Shown here: positions 55,323-64,000 of the stretch, piece by piece
Layout: each line of letters opens with the position of its first letter
Numbering within the stretch: the stretch's first letter is position 1
From: Candidatus Brocadiia bacterium
Lineage (GTDB): Bacteria > Planctomycetota > Brocadiia > CAIUPP01
Direction: 5' to 3'
Assembly (NCBI GenBank): GCA_050015075.1
Contig: JBEKCB010000012.1
Span: forward strand, 52,036 to 116,035
DNA: 64,000 nucleotides
The notes under the pieces: model-generated
What the model was told of the DNA's origin: nothing
Database searches by the model: none
Seen by the model: only the letters and a program-made list of their open reading frames with translations
Program-made: the position numbers and the translations under genes

Positions 55323-56612
55323 TCACCGGCCGGCCGCGGCCCCTCTGCCGAAGCGGGCGACCCATGCGGGCGTGGCGACGAAGCCCAGGCCCTCCCAACT
55401 GGCCGGATCATGGGTGGCTTCGGCTTCAAAAAGCTTCCGCAGCGTCGGGTCATAGGGCGCCAGGGCGGTCCAGAGCAGCCCCGGCGGCACGTTCCCGGCG
55501 GGCCTTTCGCCGTCAATCCGCTGGAATTGCGGGTCCTTGAGTTGCTGGTTCCACATGAAATCCCGGTTCGTGGCGATCAGGCGGGCGATGTCTTCTTTCG
55601 TGAAGACCAGGCCATGCTCCCACGCCGCCGCGATCGCATCCACGTCGAGCCGGTAGTACCGGCCGTTCGGGTGAACGCCCACCCAGTGCTTGAGCGAGCC
55701 ATCCGGCTTGTAGTCCCACGGCCCGGCTGGGTCCCAGTAATTCCAGACGAAATACTTGTCGTTTTCGCGCAGCCTCATGCGCGATTTCTGCACGCGCATC
55801 CACTTCTCGACCCGTTCCCGGTAGATCGGTTTCTGCGTCACGTCGTACATGGCGATCATCCACAGGGTGATCGAGTTTTCCTTGTTGTCCGGCATGGAGA
55901 CGCCGTCCGTTTTTCTCTGTTCATATCCCTCGGTCCACTGGCCGGTCCGGCGGTCAAGCCCGAAGGGCGGGATGACCCAGAGCCCGCCGCCGTCCTTGGT
56001 CTCGCGCCAGGCGCCGCGCGAATCCCATTTCTCGAATGTTCGTTCGGCGAGCCGGATGTATTCCTCGGCCTTCGCTCCGTACTCCTTCTTCAGGGCCGGC
56101 GTCTTGAGGATCTCGCCGGACATCAGCACCACGGGGCGAAAAAACCACGCATCGCCCACCTCCGTGTCCGTGTAGCGCTCCTTCATGCCGCCGGGAAGGT
56201 ACTCGAGGACGTCGCCGTTCTCTTCCCGGGGCCAGCCGATGTACCCGTCCGGCTCCTTCACCCCGCGCTTCACGACGGAGTCGGTCCAGTCTATGAACCG
56301 GTCCACCCACTCGCGGTCGCCCGTGGCCATGTAGCCCTGGTAGAACCCGCTCAGGAATGGAGCGCCGACCACGTCGGCGATCGCCTCGCCCATGACCTGG
56401 TCGCACCAGCGGGTGCGGCTCTCGCGGAGGATGGTCTCCTTCCAGCGCTGCATCCACTCCCTAGCGAGCGCCGGATCCATGCGCGCTGGCGCCTGGGCGG
56501 CCCCTGCAGTCGCCGCGTTCTTCGCCCGGTCCTGGGCGATGGAAAAGGCGCACGGAAGCAGCCACGCGAGGAGCAGTCCGCAGATCGCGCCGCCATATGA
56601 TTTATGTGACAT
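55323..56612 (-). CDS. Secreted hypothetical protein, paralog B3
   Basis: Start MSHKSYGG by alignment to B1/B2; same family motifs. Confidence 0.85.
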   Translation of the reverse strand: MSHKSYGGAICGLLLAWLLPCAFSIAQDRAKNAATAGAAQAPARMDPALAREWMQRWKETILRESRTRWCDQVMGEAIADVVGAPFLSGFYQGYMATGDREWVDRFIDWTDSVVKRGVKEPDGYIGWPREENGDVLEYLPGGMKERYTDTEVGDAWFFRPVVLMSGEILKTPALKKEYGAKAEEYIRLAERTFEKWDSRGAWRETKDGGGLWVIPPFGLDRRTGQWTEGYEQRKTDGVSMPDNKENSITLWMIAMYDVTQKPIYRERVEKWMRVQKSRMRLRENDKYFVWNYWDPAGPWDYKPDGSLKHWVGVHPNGRYYRLDVDAIAAAWEHGLVFTKEDIARLIATNRDFMWNQQLKDPQFQRIDGERPAGNVPPGLLWTALAPYDPTLRKLFEAEATHDPASWEGLGFVATPAWVARFGRGAAAGR

Positions 56613-56679
56613 ATTGGCCCTTTCAAGACAGCGCAAGGACGATGGAGGTTCCCGCGATTCGGCGTTCCGCTGCTCTCGC

Positions 56680-58881
56680 TTAAAACAGCGGCTTGCCGTC
56701 CAATCCTTCGGGCAGTGGGACATTGAACGCGCGCAGGATGGTCGGGGCGATGTCCACGAGGGACAGCGATTGGGACGTGCAGTGCACGTTGGTGAGGAAC
56801 GTGCCCGGCACGCACGGGGCATCCACGAGGTGGTCGCCGGCCCATGATTCGTTGTTCGCCACGACCGCAACTCCCGCCGGCCCGGCGCCCACGGCCGTCT
56901 GCCACGAGCCGCGGTAACCGGGGTGATAGCCCATGATCAGGTCGGGCGCTTCCTCGACGCATTCACCCTTGTAGACGTCTTCCTTACGGTACACGTTGCG
57001 AACCACCGGCTTGCCGGTCTCCGGATCGTTCCACGCGCGGAGCTTCTGCACCAGCTCGTCCTGGAGCTGCCGGGCCTCTTCGCCGGGCTTCACGATGCCC
57101 TGCCCGTCGCGCCCGGCGAGGTTCAGGTACAGGCTGCAGAATCCCACAGCGTAGGCTTTCGTCCTCGACCAGTCCACGTTCTTCAGAAGCGGCGCTCCCT
57201 CGGCGTCGTCGGAGTCTTTCAGATGCATGAACCCGTTCTGGATCAGCCAGCGGTTCAGATGAACCGCGCGGATGAAGCTCGTGAAGCCGTGGTCGGAGAG
57301 GACGAAGATCGCCGTGTCCTTGTCCACCTTCGCCAGCGCCTTGCCGAGGACGGCGTCCATCCGCTTGTAGTGCTCGATAATCGCCGGCGCGGAACTGGGT
57401 TCGGTCACCGGCCGCGTGTGGGCCGCGTCATCGTCTTCCCAGTACATGTGCTCTATCCGGTCGCTCGTGTCGAAGACCACGGCCAGGAGTCCCTTGTCGA
57501 ACTTCTTCAGTTCCTGGTCGAACATCGCCTCGCGTTCGGTCGTGAGGCGGTCGCACAACTGCAGGAATGCGGCCGGAGGAATGCGCCCGTGCAGGACGGC
57601 CTGCGTGTCTTCGGGCATGCCGAGCGTGGAGAAGGAGCCGATGGCCCGCGCCAGTTCGCCGGCGCCGCCCGGCGGGTGGCTGATGGGAAAGGCGGGGCTT
57701 TTCGGGTCAATCTGCGGGGCCGTGACGTAGAGCTTCAACTCCGGCTCCAGGCTCGTCAGATAGAATCGCACCATCGCCGGGCAGTCGCGCGAGAGGCCGC
57801 CCGGGAAGGAGATGGAAATATAGTCCGACCACTGTCCCGGCGCCAGGTCCAGCGGGTCGTTCTTCCCGCAACGCAGCGTGATTTTCTGCTGCCCGGGGAC
57901 CCGCTCGATGCTCAAGGGAACGGCGCTGGTCTTTTGACCGGTGAACGCCATGACCAGCGGGCCGGGAAGTTCCGTCTGGATCGCCGACCCGTTCCACTTC
58001 ACCTCCACGACGCGGTCCGGCGCCTTGTCGTCGGCGGCGAGGGACGCTGTGGTGACGAAGGCGTACCGGCCCAAAGAGCCGGTCACGTCGGGCGTGCCCA
58101 GGCCGCTCAGCAACCTGCCGTTGACCGGCTGGGCGGGGAAAGTCACCGGCCAGCGCAGGACCACCGTCGGGATGCCTTGCTCGCCCAGGATGTCCCAGAA
58201 TGCCTTCTGCGCCGAGGGCGGGACATACGGTTGGCCCGATCGCCTCCAGGAGCCTTTGGAAGAGGTCTTCAGGATCGAGAGGTCGGGCAGGTAGTTTTCC
58301 GGGTTGCGGCGGATGAAATCGAAAAGGCCGTGCCGGCCGGGGTTCATGCCGGTCGCGGCGGACATCCAGGCAACCGGGCTTTCCGGCGGAATCGCCGTCT
58401 GCAGCGCGGAGAACGTCCCTTCGCGCGCGAGCTTGGCGAAGTTGGGCATCCGGCCGTCGTCCATCATACGCTCGACCAGCCGCGGGTCCAGTCCGTCAAT
58501 CCCGATCACGATCACCCGTTTGTACGCCACCTCGCTCCCTTTCGTTGCAAGCGCAACCGACGCACGCCCGCGATGCTCGACAAGCCCCAGGCCCAGGACG
58601 ATCAAGCCGCACGCGACCGCGATCAGGGCGACGGTGCGGCCTTTCATGCCCTTGATGACCGGGAACTTTCTCCAGTAGCCCGTGACGCGCAGCACCACCG
58701 CCCAGAACACCAGGAACACGGCGGAGACGCACCCGATAATAATCCCGATCACGGGTCCCAAGGTGCTCCAGACCTGCTGCGCGGTGCCCGGATCAATATA
58801 GGCGAAGGCGCTCGGCGCGCCGAGAAATGCCATCAGGAGGATGGCCAGCATCAGCTTCACTCGAAGTGAGCGCCGGCGCAT
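56680..58881 (-). CDS. Alkaline phosphatase superfamily (type I phosphodiesterase/nucleotide pyrophosphatase) protein with N-terminal AYIDPG membrane segment
   Basis: VIGIDGLD, PPESPVAW..AATG.NPG.HG.FDF, DRIEH, LSDHGF, VDWSRTKAY, GDH, DIAPTIL. Confidence 0.88.
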   Translation of the reverse strand: MRRRSLRVKLMLAILLMAFLGAPSAFAYIDPGTAQQVWSTLGPVIGIIIGCVSAVFLVFWAVVLRVTGYWRKFPVIKGMKGRTVALIAVACGLIVLGLGLVEHRGRASVALATKGSEVAYKRVIVIGIDGLDPRLVERMMDDGRMPNFAKLAREGTFSALQTAIPPESPVAWMSAATGMNPGRHGLFDFIRRNPENYLPDLSILKTSSKGSWRRSGQPYVPPSAQKAFWDILGEQGIPTVVLRWPVTFPAQPVNGRLLSGLGTPDVTGSLGRYAFVTTASLAADDKAPDRVVEVKWNGSAIQTELPGPLVMAFTGQKTSAVPLSIERVPGQQKITLRCGKNDPLDLAPGQWSDYISISFPGGLSRDCPAMVRFYLTSLEPELKLYVTAPQIDPKSPAFPISHPPGGAGELARAIGSFSTLGMPEDTQAVLHGRIPPAAFLQLCDRLTTEREAMFDQELKKFDKGLLAVVFDTSDRIEHMYWEDDDAAHTRPVTEPSSAPAIIEHYKRMDAVLGKALAKVDKDTAIFVLSDHGFTSFIRAVHLNRWLIQNGFMHLKDSDDAEGAPLLKNVDWSRTKAYAVGFCSLYLNLAGRDGQGIVKPGEEARQLQDELVQKLRAWNDPETGKPVVRNVYRKEDVYKGECVEEAPDLIMGYHPGYRGSWQTAVGAGPAGVAVVANNESWAGDHLVDAPCVPGTFLTNVHCTSQSLSLVDIAPTILRAFNVPLPEGLDGKPLF

Positions 58882-60119
58882 CAGGCGTTCACCTCCTGGA
58901 CGAGGCCGCCGCCGGCCGTCTCCGGGCCGCGCGTCAGGATCAGCCGGCCGAGTTCCGGAACGCAGGAGGGAAGCTCCGCGACGAGAGGCCGGTCGAGCGC
59001 GATGACGACCTCGCCCAGCTCCGTCTCCTCAAGGCGCTCCGCCGGCGCTTCCAGCGTTTCCAGCGAGGCCGAATCCATCCGGCGCTCGATGGACTCGACC
59101 CTTCCGGGAATCTCCTGCGTCGAAAGGCGCACCTGGAGCGGTTCTCCCTTCCGGCAGGCATCGCCCGCCATCCAGAAGACGCTGGCGCGGAACCGGCTCG
59201 TCGGGCTCGGCAGCGTCCCCGCGCAGCCCACGTCCCCGCGCGAGGGCAACCGGGCGGAATCGAGCGCCAGCCCGATGCATTCGCCGCTGACCGCTTCGCT
59301 GCGTTGCTGGCCGAAGAGTTCGACGGCGGTCACTCGCGTCTTTAGGCCTGAAGGCAGGAACAGAAGTTCCTGCCCCGCCCGCAAGCGCCCCGATTCGATG
59401 CGGCCGACCAGGAGCTTGCGCCCATCGAGGGCGTAAACATCCTGAACCGGGAACCGCAGCGGTCCCTCGGCCGATCGCGAGATCGCCTGCAATGCATCGA
59501 GCGCTTCCAGAAGGATGGGTCCGTCGTACCAGTTCATGGCGTCGGAACGATGCTCGACGTTCTCGCCCAGCAGGGCCGAGCCCGGAATATACGACGCGGA
59601 AACCAGGCCCACGGCCTTGAGATACTGCCTTGCCGCTTCGGCCACGGCCTCGAACTGCGCGCAGTCATGATGGACTTTATCCATCTTGTTGATCCAGACG
59701 AGCACCTGCCGGATGCCCATGAGGGAAAGGAAATGGGCATGCCGCTTCGTCTGCTCGCGCACCCCTTCGCACACGTCCACCACCAGGACGGCGGCTTCGG
59801 CCTGGGCGGCGCCCGTGATCATGTTGCGCATCAACTCCCGATGGCCGGGCGCGTCTATGATGACGTAGTCGCGCCGGGGCGTTCGGAAGAAGGCCTGCGC
59901 GGTGTCAATGGTCATTTCATCCCGGCGCTCTTCCTGCAGGTGGTCCATCAGGTGTGCGTACTCCATTTCGCGCCCGCGCTCTTTGGAGACCTGCCGGATT
60001 TCCTCCAACCTCTCCGGCGCCACAGAGCCGGTGTCGCTGAGGAGCCGGCCGATGAGCGTGGATTTTCCGTGGTCGAGGTGGCCGACGATGACCAGCTTGA
60101 GGGTTTCCCGTTCCGGCAT
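58881..60119 (-). CDS. cysN: Sulfate adenylyltransferase subunit 1 (GTPase), no APS kinase fusion
   Basis: GHLDHGKSTLIGRL, TIDTAQ, DAPGH, NKMD, LRFPVQDVY; directly follows cysD. Confidence 0.9.
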   Translation of the reverse strand: MPERETLKLVIVGHLDHGKSTLIGRLLSDTGSVAPERLEEIRQVSKERGREMEYAHLMDHLQEERRDEMTIDTAQAFFRTPRRDYVIIDAPGHRELMRNMITGAAQAEAAVLVVDVCEGVREQTKRHAHFLSLMGIRQVLVWINKMDKVHHDCAQFEAVAEAARQYLKAVGLVSASYIPGSALLGENVEHRSDAMNWYDGPILLEALDALQAISRSAEGPLRFPVQDVYALDGRKLLVGRIESGRLRAGQELLFLPSGLKTRVTAVELFGQQRSEAVSGECIGLALDSARLPSRGDVGCAGTLPSPTSRFRASVFWMAGDACRKGEPLQVRLSTQEIPGRVESIERRMDSASLETLEAPAERLEETELGEVVIALDRPLVAELPSCVPELGRLILTRGPETAGGGLVQEVNA

Positions 60120-60127
60120 GTCCGTTC

Positions 60128-60922
60128 CTACATGTAGCCCAGGGCGCGAAGCTTCTGCATGGTGTAGACGGCCTCCTTGTCCTGGGCGCGGCCGCTGCGT
60201 TCGGAGGTTCGCGTGGTGAGAAGTTCCTCGACGATCTGGTCCAGGGTCTCGGCCGTCGAAGGCACCGGCTCGCAACAGGTCGCGCAGCCGATGCTGCGAT
60301 AGCGCTTTCCGCCCTTGGCGAAGTAGAGGTTGACGATGGGGATCTGCTCGCGGCGGACGTACGACCAGACGTCCACCTCGCGCCAGTGCAGCAGCGGATG
60401 GACTCTCACGTGCGTGCCGCCTTCGGCCTGGGACTTGTACTGGTCCCACATTTCGAGGGGCTGGTTCTGGTAGTCCCACTGAAACTGTTCGTCGCGCGGG
60501 GAGAAATAGCGCTCCTTGGACCGGATGCCGTGCTCGTCGCGGCGGATGCCCAGGAGCAGCGCCTGGAACTTGAACTTCTCGATGGCCTGGCGCAAGGCTT
60601 CGGTCTTCAGGGCCGAACAGCAGGCGAATTTCTCCGAGTGCGGACTCACTCCGGCGGCGATGGCCTGCTCGTTGCGCACGATGCGCAGGTCCAGGTCCCA
60701 TTTCTTCGCGTATTCGTCCCGGAACGCGTAGATCTCCGGGAACTTATAGCCGGTGTCAATGTGCAGGATGGGGAACGGAATCTTGCCGAAGAACGCCTTG
60801 CGCACCATCCAAAGCAGCGTGGTGGAGTCTTTGCCGATGGACCAGAGCATCGCCATCCGGGGGAAGTGATAGTACGCCTCCCGCACGATATAAATCGTCT
60901 GGTTCTCAAGCGAATCGAGCAT
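60128..60922 (-). CDS. cysD: Sulfate adenylyltransferase subunit 2
   Basis: LWSIGKDST, HIDTGYKF, LKTEAL, GIRRDE..RSKERYFSPR, RVHPLLHW, YRSIGC, ERSGRAQD. Confidence 0.95.
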   Translation of the reverse strand: MLDSLENQTIYIVREAYYHFPRMAMLWSIGKDSTTLLWMVRKAFFGKIPFPILHIDTGYKFPEIYAFRDEYAKKWDLDLRIVRNEQAIAAGVSPHSEKFACCSALKTEALRQAIEKFKFQALLLGIRRDEHGIRSKERYFSPRDEQFQWDYQNQPLEMWDQYKSQAEGGTHVRVHPLLHWREVDVWSYVRREQIPIVNLYFAKGGKRYRSIGCATCCEPVPSTAETLDQIVEELLTTRTSERSGRAQDKEAVYTMQKLRALGYM

Positions 60923-60997
60923 GTGGGCCGTCAGAGGTATTGATCGGAAATTCCCAGATGGCCTTCGTCCGCATGGCAGCGAGCCATCGGATTTCCT

Positions 60998-61026
60998 ATT
61001 CTGACGCTCCGGGCCCAACTTGTCAA
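60998..61026 (-). promoter_or_regulatory. Sigma70-like promoter TTGACA-N17-CAGAAT
   Basis: Upstream of cysD; has the same CGTCAGAAT core as the 28663 and 47878 promoters. Confidence 0.55.
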
Positions 61027-61065
61027 GCCGATTATCGGCGGCGGGCCGTTTCGGGGCTGCAGCAT

Positions 61066-63999
61066 TCACTTCGCAGGTTGACCGACGCTGGGGGCCGGCT
61101 GGTCCATCAACGGGCTGGCAGGTCGCTGGTCCGGCGGGTCAACGACCCAGCGCACCAGGTTTCCATAGAGGGGATCCTGGCGCATGTCCGCGAAGCGGCG
61201 GGCCAGCTCCGCAAGTTCGGGATCGCTCGGCTGACGCAACAGGCCGCTTTCCGGGTCGAGCGTCAGGCCGCCGCAGTACTCGCCCATGGCAATGAGAGCC
61301 GCCACGTCCGCCGACGGGCTGTATTCGGCAAAGGGCCACAGGCGGGCGGTGTCGTCGTCCGACGCCGTCACCACCCATCGCCCATCCGGGCTGAACAGCG
61401 CGGACCGTACATCGTCCGCATGCCGCATGGGATCGCCGACCGGTTTGCCTGTGACCGCGTCCCAGACGCGCGCGGTCCTGTCCCAGGACGCCGTGACCAC
61501 CCATCGCCCGTCCGGACTGAACCGCGCCGACGCGACCGTCTTTTCATGCCGGATAGGCTCACCCACCGGTTTGCCCGTGGCCGCCTCCCAGACGCGCGCG
61601 GTCGCATCCCAGGACGCGGTCACCACCCACTGTCCATCGGGACTGAACTCCGCGGACACTACTCTGTCTCCATGCCGCATCGGCTCGCCCACCGGCTTGC
61701 CGGTGGCGGCTGCCCAGACGCGCGCGGTGCGGTCCGAAGACGCCGTGACCACCCGCTGTCCATCGGGACTAAACTGGGCAGATGCAACAACGCCCTCATG
61801 CCGCATCGGCGCGCCCACCGGTTTACCCGTGGCCGCCTCCCAGACGCGCGCCGTGTTATCCATCGCCGCCGTGGCCACCCACCGCCCGTCGGGACTGAAC
61901 TGCGCGGACAATACTCTGCTTTCATGACGCATGGGCGTGCCGATCGGCTTGCCCGTGGCCGCATCCCAAATGCGCGCCGTCTTGTCAGCCGATGCCGTCA
62001 CCACCCACCGTCCATCAGGGCTGAACTCCGCAAACTCCGCGATGCTTCCGAGTCGAATCGGCTCACCGACCGGTTTGCCCGTGGCGGCTTCCCAGACGCG
62101 CGCGGCCCCGTCCCAACACGCCGTGACCACCCAGCGCCCATCCGGGCTGAACCGGGCGGACATGATAGCCTCCTCATGCCGCATCGGCTCGCCCACTGGT
62201 TTGCCGGTGGTCGCCTCCCAAACGTGCGCGGCGTTGTCACCCGACACCGTCAATATCCACCGCCCATCGGGACTGAACTCCGCGGACTCCACTCCGTCCG
62301 CATGCCGCATCGGCTTGCCGGCCGGTGCGCCCGTCGCGGCCTCCCAGAGGCGCGCGGTGTTGGCCGACGCCGTCACCGCCCATCGCCCATCGGGACTGAA
62401 CTGCGCGCGCCAGACTCCTGCCTCATGCCGCATCGGCTCGCCCACCGGTTTGCCCGTCGCGGCTTCCCAGAGACGCGCGGTTTTGTCGAAAGACGCCGTC
62501 ACCACCCACCGCCCATCGGGACTGAACTGTGCGCACCAGACCTTATCCTCATGCCGCATGGCCGCGCCGACCGGTTTGCCTGTCGCCGCTTCCCAGACGC
62601 GCGCGGTCTTGTCCTCAGACGCCGTCACCACCCATCGTCCATCGGCGCTGAAGTGCGCGGAACTTACAATATCTCCATGCTTCATGGGCTCGCTCACCGG
62701 CCTGCCCGTCGCGGCCTCCCAGACGCGCGCGGTCCCGTCATACGACGCCGTGGCCACCCACCGCCCGTCGGGACTGAACTCCGCGGACTGCACGTACGAT
62801 CCATGCTGCATGGGCTCGCCGACCGGTTTGCCTGTCGCCGCTTCCCAGACGCGCGCGGTCTTGTCCCAGGACGCCGTAACCACCCACAGGCCGTCCGGAC
62901 TGAACTGCGCCGACGCGACCAACTGGCCATGCCGGATGGGATCGCCGATCGGTTTGCCCGTCGCCGCCTCCCAAACGCGCACGGTCTTGTCCGTCGAGGC
63001 CGTCACCACCCACCGCCCGTCGGGGCTGAACTGCGCGGACCAGACCAAAGCCTCATGCCGCATCGGCTCGCTCACCGGTTTGCCCGTGGCGGCCTCCCAG
63101 ACGCGCGCGGTATTATCCTGAGACGCCGTCGCCACCCACCGGCCATCGGGACTGAACTGCGCAGATTCGACCCCATTCTCATGCCGCATCGGCTCGCCTA
63201 CCGATTTGCCCGTGGCCACCTCCCGGATGCGCGCGGTGTTGTCATTCGACGCCATCACTACCCACCGGCCATCGGGGCTGAACTGGGTGGAGCGGATGTC
63301 GGCCCCAAATTGTGCGCGCCAAAGGAGCGCGTTCCAGCGCCGTTGTGCGACCAGGGTGAACATCCTGGCCTGAGACGGCGTGTGGCCGGAGTCCAGTCTT
63401 AAAGCCCGCCCCAGGTACGCCAGCGCCTGATCCGGGCGCCCCTGCTCGACTTTTTCGGCGGCAATCAGGAAATCGGACTGGACGGCGTTCCTGCGGATCG
63501 TCTTCTCCTTTTCCACCGCGCTCCGCCGTTGCTCTTCCGTCCTTGCCTGTTCGGCCTTGATCCGGTGGATGTAGAAGATGGTCCCGGCCACGGCCAATAT
63601 CAGAAAGCACGCCACCAGGTTGGAGACCGTTCGATTCCGCCGGTACGCCAGTCTCGCGCGCCGCACCGCCGACGGCCGCTTGTGCTCGATCGGCTCGTCC
63701 GCCAGGAAGTGCCGCACGTCGCGCTCCACCTCCGCCGCCGTGTGGTACCGGTCCGACAGCTCCGGCTCCAGTCCTCCCAGCAGGATCGTCTCCACTTCCC
63801 ACGGCAGTCCTTTGACCTGCTTCCGCGGCGATTCCGGCATCCGTCCCGCCAGCTTCTGCGTCCTCACCGTCTCCGCGCTTTCCCGGTCGTGATGGTACAG
63901 CCTCGTCCCCGTGCACAATTCGTAAAACGTGGCGCACAGGGAGTAGATGTCCGTCCCAGGCCCCACTTCCGCCTCCGCGTCCGCCGCCCGGATCTGCTC
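61066..63999 (-). CDS. Ser/Thr protein kinase-TM-WD40 repeat protein, 5' part beyond the window
   Basis: Frame is open to the right edge: EQIR...TDIYSLCATFYELCTG (kinase subdomain IX), DRYHTA (XI), a TM segment, then 16 WD40 repeats. Confidence 0.9.
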   Translation of the reverse strand, partial: EQIRAADAEAEVGPGTDIYSLCATFYELCTGTRLYHHDRESAETVRTQKLAGRMPESPRKQVKGLPWEVETILLGGLEPELSDRYHTAAEVERDVRHFLADEPIEHKRPSAVRRARLAYRRNRTVSNLVACFLILAVAGTIFYIHRIKAEQARTEEQRRSAVEKEKTIRRNAVQSDFLIAAEKVEQGRPDQALAYLGRALRLDSGHTPSQARMFTLVAQRRWNALLWRAQFGADIRSTQFSPDGRWVVMASNDNTARIREVATGKSVGEPMRHENGVESAQFSPDGRWVATASQDNTARVWEAATGKPVSEPMRHEALVWSAQFSPDGRWVVTASTDKTVRVWEAATGKPIGDPIRHGQLVASAQFSPDGLWVVTASWDKTARVWEAATGKPVGEPMQHGSYVQSAEFSPDGRWVATASYDGTARVWEAATGRPVSEPMKHGDIVSSAHFSADGRWVVTASEDKTARVWEAATGKPVGAAMRHEDKVWCAQFSPDGRWVVTASFDKTARLWEAATGKPVGEPMRHEAGVWRAQFSPDGRWAVTASANTARLWEAATGAPAGKPMRHADGVESAEFSPDGRWILTVSGDNAAHVWEATTGKPVGEPMRHEEAIMSARFSPDGRWVVTACWDGAARVWEAATGKPVGEPIRLGSIAEFAEFSPDGRWVVTASADKTARIWDAATGKPIGTPMRHESRVLSAQFSPDGRWVATAAMDNTARVWEAATGKPVGAPMRHEGVVASAQFSPDGQRVVTASSDRTARVWAAATGKPVGEPMRHGDRVVSAEFSPDGQWVVTASWDATARVWEAATGKPVGEPIRHEKTVASARFSPDGRWVVTASWDRTARVWDAVTGKPVGDPMRHADDVRSALFSPDGRWVVTASDDDTARLWPFAEYSPSADVAALIAMGEYCGGLTLDPESGLLRQPSDPELAELARRFADMRQDPLYGNLVRWVVDPPDQRPASPLMDQPAPSVGQPAK
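61336..63306 (-). repeat. Tandem array of 16 highly similar 126-bp (42-aa) WD40 units
   Basis: Consensus HxxxVxSAxFSPDGRWVVTASxDxTARVWEAATGKPVGEPMR, counted 16 times; one unit is 1 aa shorter. Confidence 0.95.
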
Positions 64000-64000
64000 C

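Noticed and set aside
58881-60119. Elongation factor Tu/1-alpha
   Set aside because: It directly follows cysD and has CysN-type features.
61336-63306. Possible CRISPR-like or DGR-type repeat array
   Set aside because: The units are in-frame WD40 coding repeats with no unique spacers. No cas gene or reverse transcriptase is in the window.
60940-63402. 820-aa repetitive + strand ORF and other long antisense ORFs (e.g. 18375..20669, 22455..24443, 37256..39088, 56923..58869)
   Set aside because: Shadow frames of real - strand genes in high-GC DNA; no motifs or RBS.

Overview
High-GC bacterial DNA from a likely anaerobe. A PVC/Planctomycetota-like origin is inferred from the gene content and GAAAGG-type ribosome-binding sites, not proven. 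About 40 genes, most on the - strand. In order: two DUF4910/M28-like peptidase genes (one fused to an AAC(3)-type acetyltransferase); a CheR coupled to a large hybrid sensor kinase; a Spy/CpxP-like gene and two TRL-like lipoproteins; an orphan, divergent acetyl-CoA synthase (AcsB)-like gene; a DUF547/TVP38/flavoprotein reductase trio; a long catabolic-looking run with UroD-like, secreted helical, beta-helix, beta-propeller and Gfo/Idh/MocA proteins; two YfhO paralogs; an atypical M24 protein; a trimeric [FeFe]-hydrogenase; a GT87 plus orphan Imm27 islet; sugar-isomerase/reductase genes; cysDN plus a phosphodiesterase; and a partial Ser/Thr kinase with 16 near-identical WD40 repeats. The most striking signals are four. 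(1) An uncharacterised secreted protein family is present as six intact copies plus two unannotated remnants, with a shared promoter/leader and a swappable insertion slot. (2) The orphan AcsB-like protein keeps all A-cluster cysteines but has lost conserved middle-domain motifs. (3) The hydrogenase beta subunit has mixed bifurcating and non-bifurcating features. (4) A TGAC-N16-GTCA promoter motif recurs four times. No rRNA, tRNA, CRISPR array or transposase was seen. All family calls are by eye from motifs; no searches were run.
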